Source of the DNA: a virus
Lineage: Duplodnaviria; Caudoviricetes
Direction: 5' to 3' (one strand)
Length of the DNA stretch: 32,082 bases
IMG/VR virus record: IMGVR_UViG_3300025389_000067
Location: 1-32,082 of that record
A program made the position numbers and the translations under genes. Shown piece after piece: positions 23,792 through 32,082 of this stretch (position 1 is its first letter; each line of letters starts with the position of its first letter). A model generated the notes under the pieces. It was not told the origin of the DNA. It made no database searches and saw only the letters and a list, made by a program, of their open reading frames with translations.

Positions 23792-25729
23792 ATGCCCTCA
23801 ATAGCTGATCTTTACTCTACGATTGACAGTTACAAACGCAGGGCAGCGGACGTTCTCAGCGATCCACAAAACAGTCTTATGCAAATGCTTGGCTATGCCA
23901 ATGACAGGGCCAGACAATACAACGAATCACTTGCCCAAGCATCCAAAGAAAGGGGTTACGGCCCTAAGACGCAAGAACTAGCGCAAGCAATGGCAGAGTC
24001 TTACAACCCAGTTGGAATGACTACTTGGCATGGTAGTCCACACACATTCAACAAGTTTGACATGAGCAAGATTGGAACTGGCGAAGGGTCACAGGCTTAT
24101 GGACATGGGCTTTATTTAGCTGAAAACCCAAATGTTGCAAAAGAATATAGAGACGCATTATCTACTTATAAAACAACATTAAATGGAGAACCATTAGCAC
24201 CAAGCCATCCATTGTTTTCTGAAGGAATGTCAATTGCTGCAAATGGATATAAAAAAGCCTTAAAACAAGCTGAAGATGCTTTAAAAAGTGGATTTGTAAA
24301 TCCTGAGTATGCACAAAAACAAATTGACAATATTAAATCCCTTAAAGGGGCAAAGATTGAACAATCAAAACAAGGAAATCTTTACAAAGTAGACCTACCA
24401 GACGAACACATAGCAAAAATGCTTGATTGGGATAAGCCTTTAAGCGAACAACATCCAGATGTTCAAAAAGCAATCAAAAAAACCAAAGAATTATTACCTC
24501 CTAATGCAATGGATGATTTAGGTGGAGATTTATCTTTGCTTTATGGAAAAGACATAACACCTAAAGATTTTTTAAATACATGGGAATCTTTGACTGGATC
24601 TGTGGGATCTGGAGAGGCAGCTTTAGCAAAACATGGTATTCCAGGCATTAAATATTTAGATGAAACAAGTAGACAAGCAGGGAAAGGAACTAGGAATTTT
24701 GTTATTTTTGACCCAAATCTAGCAAAGATAGAAGAAAGAAACTCAGTTCCAATACCTCAAGACCCACATGCACCTAATTACTTGGAAGATGTACATAAGG
24801 CATTAAGTTCCAAATTTGAATATCCTAGAGAACAAGCATTTAAGATTGCTCAAGAAAATGCTGCATTGCCAGTTTCTGAGGGTGGTTTAGGTTTGCCTAA
24901 AGACAACACTCCAGAAATGAGAGCAAAAGCAATGGGTTATGAAACACCTATGTATCATGGAACAAATGAAGACATTGAGGCTTTTAATACAAAAGGGAAA
25001 GGAAAAACTGCTGGTGCTGGTGCTTTTTTTACAACAAATCCAACAACGGCAGAAACTTATATTTCATCTTCAGGTGGTGGGAATATTTTGCCTGTTATGG
25101 TTAAGAAGAATGATTTATTAAATGTAAATGCTAGAGGCAAAAATTGGTCTGATATATATACTAATCAATTAGGCGCAAAATCAGGCAAAATTAAATATAG
25201 CCCTCAAGAATTAGGATTGGATTTAAATTCAGCAACAACCACAGATGAATTAGGAATGATTGCTGCTGATTTAGGTAAAAAAGGCATTGAAATAAAAAAT
25301 GTTAAAGATTTAGGACCTAATAGTCATGTAATGAGAGCTAAAGAATATTTGCTTAATAAGTATGGAATTGTCCCAGATGAAACATGGTCAAATGTAACTG
25401 GTAAACAATTTGACGAATCTCAAAAAGCAATGAAAAAGTTTTATGAGTCACAAAAAAGTGATATTGTTGCTTTGCAAGATCCATCAATGATTAGGTCAAA
25501 GTTTGCTGCTTTTGATCCAACTCAATCATCCAGTACCAATATTTTGGCAGGAGTTGTACCTTTAAGTTTGGGTGGAGCATCCCTTGGAACAAGTAACGAT
25601 GACGTACATTCACCCAATTACCTAGAAAACCTCCACAAACAATTAGCTCAAAAACCAATAGACGTAACAGACGTTCACGCTCCAAACTATTTAGAAGACA
25701 TACATAATCAACTGGCAAATCAACAATAA
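23792..25729 (+). CDS. Polyvalent-type protein with two ADP-ribosyltransferase-like domains
   Basis: Domain 1 'WHGSPH...AYGHGLYLAE...GIPGIKY...NFVIFD'; domain 2 'YHGTNEDIEAF...GAFFTTNPTTAETY...NILPV...IRSKFAAFDP'. Confidence 0.7.
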   Translation: MPSIADLYSTIDSYKRRAADVLSDPQNSLMQMLGYANDRARQYNESLAQASKERGYGPKTQELAQAMAESYNPVGMTTWHGSPHTFNKFDMSKIGTGEGSQAYGHGLYLAENPNVAKEYRDALSTYKTTLNGEPLAPSHPLFSEGMSIAANGYKKALKQAEDALKSGFVNPEYAQKQIDNIKSLKGAKIEQSKQGNLYKVDLPDEHIAKMLDWDKPLSEQHPDVQKAIKKTKELLPPNAMDDLGGDLSLLYGKDITPKDFLNTWESLTGSVGSGEAALAKHGIPGIKYLDETSRQAGKGTRNFVIFDPNLAKIEERNSVPIPQDPHAPNYLEDVHKALSSKFEYPREQAFKIAQENAALPVSEGGLGLPKDNTPEMRAKAMGYETPMYHGTNEDIEAFNTKGKGKTAGAGAFFTTNPTTAETYISSSGGGNILPVMVKKNDLLNVNARGKNWSDIYTNQLGAKSGKIKYSPQELGLDLNSATTTDELGMIAADLGKKGIEIKNVKDLGPNSHVMRAKEYLLNKYGIVPDETWSNVTGKQFDESQKAMKKFYESQKSDIVALQDPSMIRSKFAAFDPTQSSSTNILAGVVPLSLGGASLGTSNDDVHSPNYLENLHKQLAQKPIDVTDVHAPNYLEDIHNQLANQQ

Positions 25730-25731
25730 AT

Positions 25732-25765
25732 TTGCAATTTGTCAGAATAGTATTACAATCTGACA
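25732..25765 (+). promoter_or_regulatory. Candidate terminase-operon promoter with operator-like site
   Basis: TTGCAA-16 nt-TACAAT; TGTCAG-aatagt-ATTACA at 25740-25757; inverted repeat tgtcaga/tctgaca. Confidence 0.55.
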
Positions 25766-25767
25766 CT

Positions 25768-26238
25768 ATGAAGAAAACAGTTAAATCACACCCCAACCCA
25801 GTCGGCAGACCTACGGATTACAAGCCAGAGTATGCCCAAGAACTCATAGACTACTTTAATCAGCCTGCCTATACAGAGAAAACTATTGTTTTTCCCAATG
25901 GTATAGAAAAGACTGAAAGACTATGCAATCTATTCCCTACCCTTACAAGGTTTGCAGCCAATAAAAGGGTTACAAGGGAAACTTTACATCATTGGGCCAA
26001 CGAAAGAGACGCAAACGACAGGCTTATTCGTCCTGAATTTTCTGACGCCTATAAGATTGCCAGGCAATTACAAGAGTCAGTTTTAGTCGAAGGAGCGACT
26101 GCTGGAGTCTATAACGCTAACTTTTCAATTTTTACGGCTAAGAATGTTCTTGGCTGGAGAGACAAGACCGAACAAGAGATTACAGGTGCATCTGGTGGGC
26201 CACTTCTTATGCAAGTAGCAACCGACAATGACGCTTAA
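25768..26238 (+). CDS. terS: Terminase small subunit
   Basis: 'GRPTDYKPEY', 'FPTLTRFA', 'PEFSDAYKIA' and 'IFTAKNVLGWRDK'; directly upstream of terL. Confidence 0.85.
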   Translation: MKKTVKSHPNPVGRPTDYKPEYAQELIDYFNQPAYTEKTIVFPNGIEKTERLCNLFPTLTRFAANKRVTRETLHHWANERDANDRLIRPEFSDAYKIARQLQESVLVEGATAGVYNANFSIFTAKNVLGWRDKTEQEITGASGGPLLMQVATDNDA

Positions 26239-27592
26239 GTACACAGAGAAACAGATTGAGGCCATGAAGTTGATGAGTGGAGACCCCACTTACGTCATGC
26301 TATTTGGTGGGTCAAGGTCGGGTAAGACGTTCATCACAATCAGACAGATAGTAACCAGGGCGATCAAAGCAGGCGGTTCAAGGCACACAATTCTCAGGTT
26401 TAGATTTAATCACGTTGTCAACTCGGTGGTTTACGATACATTCCCAAAGGTAATGAAGATTTGTTATCCAACGGTCAACTACAAGTTAGATAAGACGCAT
26501 TGGTTTGCGAAGCTGGACAATGGATCAGAGATTTGGTTTGGTGGGTTGGATGACAAGGAAAGGACGGAAAAGATTCTAGGTATGGAGTTCAGCACAATCT
26601 ACTTGAATGAGTCCAGCCAGATAGCTTGGGGTTCGGTGGGGATTGCAATGACTCGCTTGGCTCAGAAAGTCAATCAGCAAATCATGGTGGATAAAAAGAT
26701 TGAGATGAAGCCACTTAAGCCAAGGATGTTCTTTGACTGCAACCCGCCAGATAAGAACCATTGGACGTACAAGTTATTTGTGCAGCGCAGAGACCCAGAG
26801 ACAGGAACCAACCTTTACACTCCCGAGGATTACGCATACTTTCAAATCAATCCTAAAGACAATGTGGATAACTTGTCGGACGGATACTTAAAGACTTTGG
26901 AAGGATTGTCAGCCAGGCTCAGAAAACGATTCTTAGAAGGAGAGTTTACAGATGCTAACCCTAACCAACTGTTTACTGACTTGTACTTTGATCGGTGGCG
27001 CACTCAAGAGGAAGATTTACCTGAGTTTGTTCGAGTGGTCGTTGGAGTTGACCCTAGTGGAGCAGGAGACTCTGACAATGCTGACAATGATGCAATTGGT
27101 ATTGTTGTAGGAGCTTTGGGGACGGATGGGAACGCATACTTACTTGAGGACTGCACAGTCAAAGCAGGGCCTGCAACCTGGGGCAAAGTCGCAACAAGTG
27201 CATACGACAGGCACAACGCAGACATATTGGTGGGTGAGAATAATTATGGTGGTGCAATGGTTGAAATGGTTATTCAAGCGTCTAGGCCAAGAACAAATTA
27301 CAAGTCAGTCCTTGCCACTCGATCAAAGATGGTCAGGGCAGAGCCGTTTGCTCCACTTTACGAACAGGGAAAAATCAGGCACGTTGGAAGGTTCGCAGAT
27401 TTAGAGGAAGAACTTGGAGGATTTAGCACCAATGGTTACAATGGATCTAAGTCTCCAAACCGAGCAGACGCTTGGATTTGGGTGCTAACCGAACTGTTTC
27501 CTGCAATTTTGCGATCAAAAGTTGAGAAAAAATCACAAAACGCACCGAAAAAACAGTTTAATTCTAATAATTCACCTGGATTTTGGATGTAA
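26228..27592 (+). CDS. terL: Terminase large subunit
   Basis: Walker A GGSRSGKT, Walker B IYLNE, coupling motif DCNP, nuclease motifs 'VGVDPS' and 'SPNRADA'. Confidence 0.95.
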   Translation: MTLKYTEKQIEAMKLMSGDPTYVMLFGGSRSGKTFITIRQIVTRAIKAGGSRHTILRFRFNHVVNSVVYDTFPKVMKICYPTVNYKLDKTHWFAKLDNGSEIWFGGLDDKERTEKILGMEFSTIYLNESSQIAWGSVGIAMTRLAQKVNQQIMVDKKIEMKPLKPRMFFDCNPPDKNHWTYKLFVQRRDPETGTNLYTPEDYAYFQINPKDNVDNLSDGYLKTLEGLSARLRKRFLEGEFTDANPNQLFTDLYFDRWRTQEEDLPEFVRVVVGVDPSGAGDSDNADNDAIGIVVGALGTDGNAYLLEDCTVKAGPATWGKVATSAYDRHNADILVGENNYGGAMVEMVIQASRPRTNYKSVLATRSKMVRAEPFAPLYEQGKIRHVGRFADLEEELGGFSTNGYNGSKSPNRADAWIWVLTELFPAILRSKVEKKSQNAPKKQFNSNNSPGFWM

Positions 27593-27594
27593 AC

Positions 27595-29736
27595 ATGGCA
27601 ACAAACACCGAAGACGAAATTATCCGCAGAGCGCACGACAACTTTAAACATTGTTTGGACTGGGAGCAAGCCTCCAGGCAAAGTTTTAGGGAGGACATGA
27701 GGTTCTTATTTGCCGACTCGGACAACCAGGATCAATGGGAGCCTGCGGTTAAGGCCAGACGCAGACTGAACACTCAGCCCATGATCACTATTAATAAGGT
27801 GCATACGCATTGGTTGCACGTTGTTAATAACCTAAAAGAAAACAAACCGTCTGTTAGCGTACATCCAACAGGAAATGATGGAACTTATGAAGCTGCTGAA
27901 ATCTTTGAAGGATTGGTTCGTCACATTGAGTACATATCTAACGCTAAAACTGCGTACGATATGGCAGCGGAGCAACAAGTAGGTGGTGGAATAGGATATT
28001 GGACGGTCACAACTGCCTACGCAGACGATTCTACGTTTGATCAAGAGATATACATTCGAGAAGTCCCAGACGCAATGAGCGTTTATCTTGATCCACACAT
28101 TAAGAAAAGGGATGGTTCAGACGCTCGGTTTGGGTTTATCTATGAAGATATGCCAAGAGAAGTGTTTGAGATGAAGTACCCAGGTGAGTCCGTTCCAATG
28201 GCTTATTCAGGTGGGGCGCAGTCCTGGGTTACTAAAGATGTTGTCCGTTTGGCTACTTATTACGAACGTGAAAATAAAAAGGAATGGCTTTATTCAATCC
28301 CAAATGAAGACGGATCAATGAAGTTTGAGCGTCAATCAGATATGACTAAAGAAGAAGTCAAGATGCTGAATGAGGCTATCCGAATGGGTGCGGACATTGA
28401 GCGCAGGCGCATTGACAAGAATGTTATCCACAAGTATTTGATTGGTGGGAATAAGATTTTAGAGAAAGGAATTTGGGCAGGAAAATACGTTCCAATCGTC
28501 CGAGTACCTGGTGAGGAAATGCAGATTGAGGGCAGATTAGACCGTAAGGGATTAGTTCGATACATGAAGGACGCACAAAGAGCGTACAACTACAACGCTT
28601 CAGCAGCCCTTGAATATGGTGCTCTACAGTCAAAATCACCGTATTTAGCCCCAGTTGAGGCAATAGAGGGCCTAGAAAACTATTGGGCAACTGCAAATAC
28701 TGAGAATCACGCTTACCTAGCTTACAACCATGCGGACGAAAACGGAAACCCTATTCCTTCTCCAGCAAGGTCTCAACCTCCCTCCTCTGCTCCAGTCTAT
28801 ATGGAAGGAATGCAAGTCGCTGAGAATGAAATGATGATGACTTCAGGTCAGTACCAACAGACGTTTGGGGCGCAAGGTCAAGAACTCTCAGGGGTTGCAA
28901 TTGGCAAACGTCAATATCAAGGAGAAAGGGTAACTTACCACTTCCAAGACAATCAAAACATGGCTATCCAGTTCACAGGTAAGATTTTGATTGATCTGAT
29001 TCCTAAGATATACGACACAAAACGGACTATTAGAATTTTGGGAGAGGACGGCACAGAGCAAGAGGTAATGATTGACCCAACTCTTAAAACGGCCTACAAA
29101 CAAATGGAAGACAAGGAGGAGGCCAAAGTATCCACAATATTTAATCCGTCCGTTGGTTCTTATGACGTAGTTGCAGAATCTGGTTCTAACTATGAAACTA
29201 GAAGACAAGAAGCATTTGCTGCAATGTCTCAAATGATTGGCCAACAACCGCAACTCGCACAGGTTATCGGTGATCTGTACATGGGTTCGGCTGACTTTCC
29301 CAATGCGGATAAGTTGCAGGAACGGATGAGAAATTGGATTCCTCCAGCTATCCTGGGGACTGGTCCAAGCGAACAAGAACAGGCTTTAATGCAACAACTC
29401 CAACAGTCTCAACAAGTTATTGCTGCGCTGACTCAACAGGTTCAGGACAGGAAAGTAGATCAAGTCATGGAGAAACAAAGACTTGATATGGACGCTCTCA
29501 ACCATTTGGCTATCAGATTGGAGAAAGAGCGAGACAGTTTAATTAGTGCATTCAAGGCTGAGACCGAAAGATTGAAGACACTTATTAAGGATGTGAATCC
29601 TACGCAACTGGGGGGAATTACTGACAAGATGGTTGGAGAGATCGAACAAGCCAAAAATCCTGCTCAAGACATTAACCCCGATTACATAGACCCCTCACAA
29701 TATTTGCAAAATGCTATCCCAACCATTACAGGATGA
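27595..29736 (+). CDS. Portal protein (P22-like)
   Basis: About 713 aa with 'QDQW', 'ITINKV', 'GLVRYMKDAQRAYNY' and 'SGVAI', plus a Gln-rich C-terminal barrel helix. Confidence 0.92.
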   Translation: MATNTEDEIIRRAHDNFKHCLDWEQASRQSFREDMRFLFADSDNQDQWEPAVKARRRLNTQPMITINKVHTHWLHVVNNLKENKPSVSVHPTGNDGTYEAAEIFEGLVRHIEYISNAKTAYDMAAEQQVGGGIGYWTVTTAYADDSTFDQEIYIREVPDAMSVYLDPHIKKRDGSDARFGFIYEDMPREVFEMKYPGESVPMAYSGGAQSWVTKDVVRLATYYERENKKEWLYSIPNEDGSMKFERQSDMTKEEVKMLNEAIRMGADIERRRIDKNVIHKYLIGGNKILEKGIWAGKYVPIVRVPGEEMQIEGRLDRKGLVRYMKDAQRAYNYNASAALEYGALQSKSPYLAPVEAIEGLENYWATANTENHAYLAYNHADENGNPIPSPARSQPPSSAPVYMEGMQVAENEMMMTSGQYQQTFGAQGQELSGVAIGKRQYQGERVTYHFQDNQNMAIQFTGKILIDLIPKIYDTKRTIRILGEDGTEQEVMIDPTLKTAYKQMEDKEEAKVSTIFNPSVGSYDVVAESGSNYETRRQEAFAAMSQMIGQQPQLAQVIGDLYMGSADFPNADKLQERMRNWIPPAILGTGPSEQEQALMQQLQQSQQVIAALTQQVQDRKVDQVMEKQRLDMDALNHLAIRLEKERDSLISAFKAETERLKTLIKDVNPTQLGGITDKMVGEIEQAKNPAQDINPDYIDPSQYLQNAIPTITG

Positions 29737-30464
29737 AAATGGAAACTACAGTTGAACAAACCGTAACTGAAGGAAATAACCAGGCTGACGCTGCCCAAGC
29801 CCCTCAGCAAACTCCAGAGCAAAAAGCTCCAGAGGCCAAAGACAACTCTTACCATGATCTACCCGAATGGGCTAGAAAACGGATGGGTGAATTAGCTGCA
29901 GCCAAGAATTCTGCTGCCGAACAACTCGCTGCACTTAAGGCACAAATGCAAAGTCAGCCAGAGCCTCAACAACAATATCAGCCTCAAAATACTCAAAATA
30001 TTGAGGAATTGGCTACTCAAATAGCTAACCAAAGGGTTCAAGAGCAGACATTCTTAAACAAAATGAACGAGATTGAAAAGAATGCCAAGGCTGAATTTGG
30101 TCAGGAATATGATCGGTCAGTTCAGAATTTACAGTTGGCTGGTGTTGGTGGGAATGATTTCCTGCACGCTTTGGCTGAAGTTCCAAACCCTGAGAAAGTA
30201 ATCACTTACCTTGGGAAGTCTGAAAATGTCAATGACGCAATAAGGATTTCGCAACTCAGTCCAATGCAACTCGGGATTGAATTGACCAAGTTATCGGCAA
30301 AGGCAGCCAAGGAATTGTCCAAGCAAAAGTCTAGCGCACCTGCTCCAGTTGGGGAAGTGACTGGGGGTTCGTCTGCTCCAACAGGCGCAGGGGCTGAACC
30401 TCCCATGAGTGATACCGAAGCCTGGGTTGCATGGAGACGAGCAACTGCTAGAAAAAAGCGTTGA
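29733..30464 (+). CDS. Scaffolding protein
   Basis: Acidic/Gln-rich coiled coil, 'SSAPAPV', basic C-terminal helix; lies between portal and coat. Confidence 0.8.
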   Translation: MKMETTVEQTVTEGNNQADAAQAPQQTPEQKAPEAKDNSYHDLPEWARKRMGELAAAKNSAAEQLAALKAQMQSQPEPQQQYQPQNTQNIEELATQIANQRVQEQTFLNKMNEIEKNAKAEFGQEYDRSVQNLQLAGVGGNDFLHALAEVPNPEKVITYLGKSENVNDAIRISQLSPMQLGIELTKLSAKAAKELSKQKSSAPAPVGEVTGGSSAPTGAGAEPPMSDTEAWVAWRRATARKKR

Positions 30465-30496
30465 TAAATTAGATTTTTAGCATTAGAATGGTGTAC

Positions 30497-30600
30497 AGGC
30501 AGAAGCGAGCCGTAAATCGTTGTGTTGGGCCGTAAAAGATAGTCTCCAGAGGCCAGGGGAAATTAGGAGTTTACCGAAAGGTAAGCAATTCATTTCTTTA
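30497..30600 (+). promoter_or_regulatory. Candidate structured leader of the coat gene
   Basis: GCCGTAAA twice at 20-nt spacing; hairpin gtttacc-GAAA-ggtaagc; TAGAAT at 30484-30489. Confidence 0.45.
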
Positions 30601-30623
30601 TTCGTCAAAGGAGGTAGTTCAAC

Positions 30624-31832
30624 ATGACTACTAGCAATTCACTTCTTACGATAAGTCAGATCACAAATGAAGCGGTCAGACTTTTCACTCAATCTAATGC
30701 TTTTCTAAGAACAGTTTCCCGCCAGTATGACGATCAGTTTGCTCGTACAGGTGCGAAAATCGGTTCAACTTTGCGTATTCGTTTACCCAACGATTACACA
30801 GTATCAACTGGGCCTGCAATTACTCCTCAAGGTACTAACGAACAGAATACATCTTTGACTGTGGCAACACAAGCAAACGTACCTGTTTCTTTTGGTACTG
30901 CTGAGAAAACATTGTCACTCGATGACTTCTCCGAGCGTATTCTCGCTCCTGCGGTCAATCGTTTGGCAGCGTATGTTGCAGCAGACTTGATGAACGTAGC
31001 ATCTCAATCAGCCAACATTTCACCAAACTTCTCAAGCGGTACAACCTTGGTAAGTCCAAATGCAACAACATGGTTGACTGCAGGTTCTTCTTTGGATCAA
31101 AACTTGGCTCCAAGAATGGAACGCAAGATTATTCTTGATCCAGTCACTCAAGCTCGTACTGTTTCATTTTTGGCAGGTTTGTTCAATCCTCAAGTTAAAA
31201 TTGCTGAGAACTATGAAACTGGTGTTATTACCAGAGACACTCTCGGATTTGACTGGATGTACGATCAAACTACTCTAGTTCACACAGTTGGTTCATTCTC
31301 AAGTGGTACTGTTAATGGTGCAAGCCAAACAGGAACAACATTGACTGTGAATGCAATTACTGGAACTTTGAACCAGGGTGACATCATCACAATCGCAGGT
31401 GTATACGCAATTAACCGTTTGACTGGTAACTCACAAGGCCAACTACGTCAATTCGTTGTTACTGCAAACGTAGCATCTGGTGCAACAAGCATTCCAATTT
31501 ACCCTGCTATTACTCCTGCTCCAGCAGCGTTTAATACAGTAACTGCATCTCCTGCAAACTCTGCAGCGATCAGTTTGGTAATGGCTGCTTCTACAAGCTA
31601 TCGTCAAAACATAGCTTATTTCCCAGAGGCTTTCACTTTAGCAACTGCTGACTTAGAAATGCCTACTGCTGGTGTTGTTCAGGCTGCTCGTGCACAGTTC
31701 GATGGAATCTCTTTAAGAATGATTGAGGCTTATGACGTAATGTCTGACTCCTTGATTACTCGTATGGATATTCTGTACGGATACGCTGCGATCCGTCCTG
31801 AGTGGTCTTGTATTGTTCCAGACATTGTCTAA
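30624..31832 (+). CDS. Major capsid protein (P22 coat, gp5 family)
   Basis: 'NSLLTISQIT', 'AKIGSTLRIRLP', 'SLDDFSERILAPA' and 'RMDILYGYAAIRPEW'; AGGAGGT ribosome-binding site. Confidence 0.95.
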   Translation: MTTSNSLLTISQITNEAVRLFTQSNAFLRTVSRQYDDQFARTGAKIGSTLRIRLPNDYTVSTGPAITPQGTNEQNTSLTVATQANVPVSFGTAEKTLSLDDFSERILAPAVNRLAAYVAADLMNVASQSANISPNFSSGTTLVSPNATTWLTAGSSLDQNLAPRMERKIILDPVTQARTVSFLAGLFNPQVKIAENYETGVITRDTLGFDWMYDQTTLVHTVGSFSSGTVNGASQTGTTLTVNAITGTLNQGDIITIAGVYAINRLTGNSQGQLRQFVVTANVASGATSIPIYPAITPAPAAFNTVTASPANSAAISLVMAASTSYRQNIAYFPEAFTLATADLEMPTAGVVQAARAQFDGISLRMIEAYDVMSDSLITRMDILYGYAAIRPEWSCIVPDIV

Positions 31833-32041
31833 TGCCAATTGAACAATACTACAGGGGGAAGTTGGTTTCCCCTGTTTACACTTTTGTAGAGTTTCCCAAG
31901 TGGGTTACTGACTCGCTTGGGGAGCAGCATCTTGTTCAGACACCTGAAGAAGAAGCACAAGTTTTAATCGTTCCAGAGATAAAAGAAACTAAGAGGGGCA
32001 GACCAAAAAATGACTCAACCGCTGCCGACAACTCCCTCTGA
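31832..32041 (+). CDS. Small protein following the coat gene
   Basis: TAATG-coupled; 'EFPKWV...EEEA...KRGRPK'. Confidence 0.7.
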   Translation: MPIEQYYRGKLVSPVYTFVEFPKWVTDSLGEQHLVQTPEEEAQVLIVPEIKETKRGRPKNDSTAADNSL

Positions 32042-32082
32042 TCTAATCACTCAAGCGTTAAAAATAGCAAACGTCATTGGTG
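31960..32082. repeat. Terminal direct repeat, copy 2
   Basis: Identical to 3-125. Confidence 0.95.

Noticed and set aside
28888-29376. 162-aa antisense ORF in the portal gene
   Set aside because: Shadow of the portal reading frame with no independent features.

Overview
The window is very probably one complete, circularly assembled P22-like podovirus genome of about 31,957 bp: positions 3-125 recur exactly at 31960-32082. Rightward late genes encode small and large terminase, a P22-type portal, scaffold and coat, then continue across the window junction with a gp4-like adaptor, gp10-like hub, a long repeat-rich fibre with an S74 chaperone, a GNAT, three ejection proteins and a tailspike. A lysis block follows, with several membrane proteins, a GH24 endolysin and a TraR/DksA-like gene. 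A short leftward operon carries ERF, a PD-(D/E)XK exonuclease and SSB. A rightward early operon carries a Cro-like regulator, a short replication-initiator-like protein, a C5 methyltransferase, NinB and NinG. I recognised no integrase, CI repressor, Q antiterminator, helicase or Rz/Rz1 spanin. The most unusual elements are: (1) a compact, doubly pseudoknotted candidate RNA, plus a second structured block, directly upstream of the replication gene; (2) a two-subunit methyltransferase encoded by two almost fully overlapping frames; (3) a lysis-region gene with a likely ATA start and a -1 shift at an A9 run; (4) a tandem ADP-ribosyltransferase-like protein with a three-fold repeated motif; (5) further pseudoknotted or structured leaders; and (6) apparent complete avoidance of CCGG. 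All product calls come from motif recognition and gene order, and RNA pairings were worked out by eye. No searches or folding programs were run.
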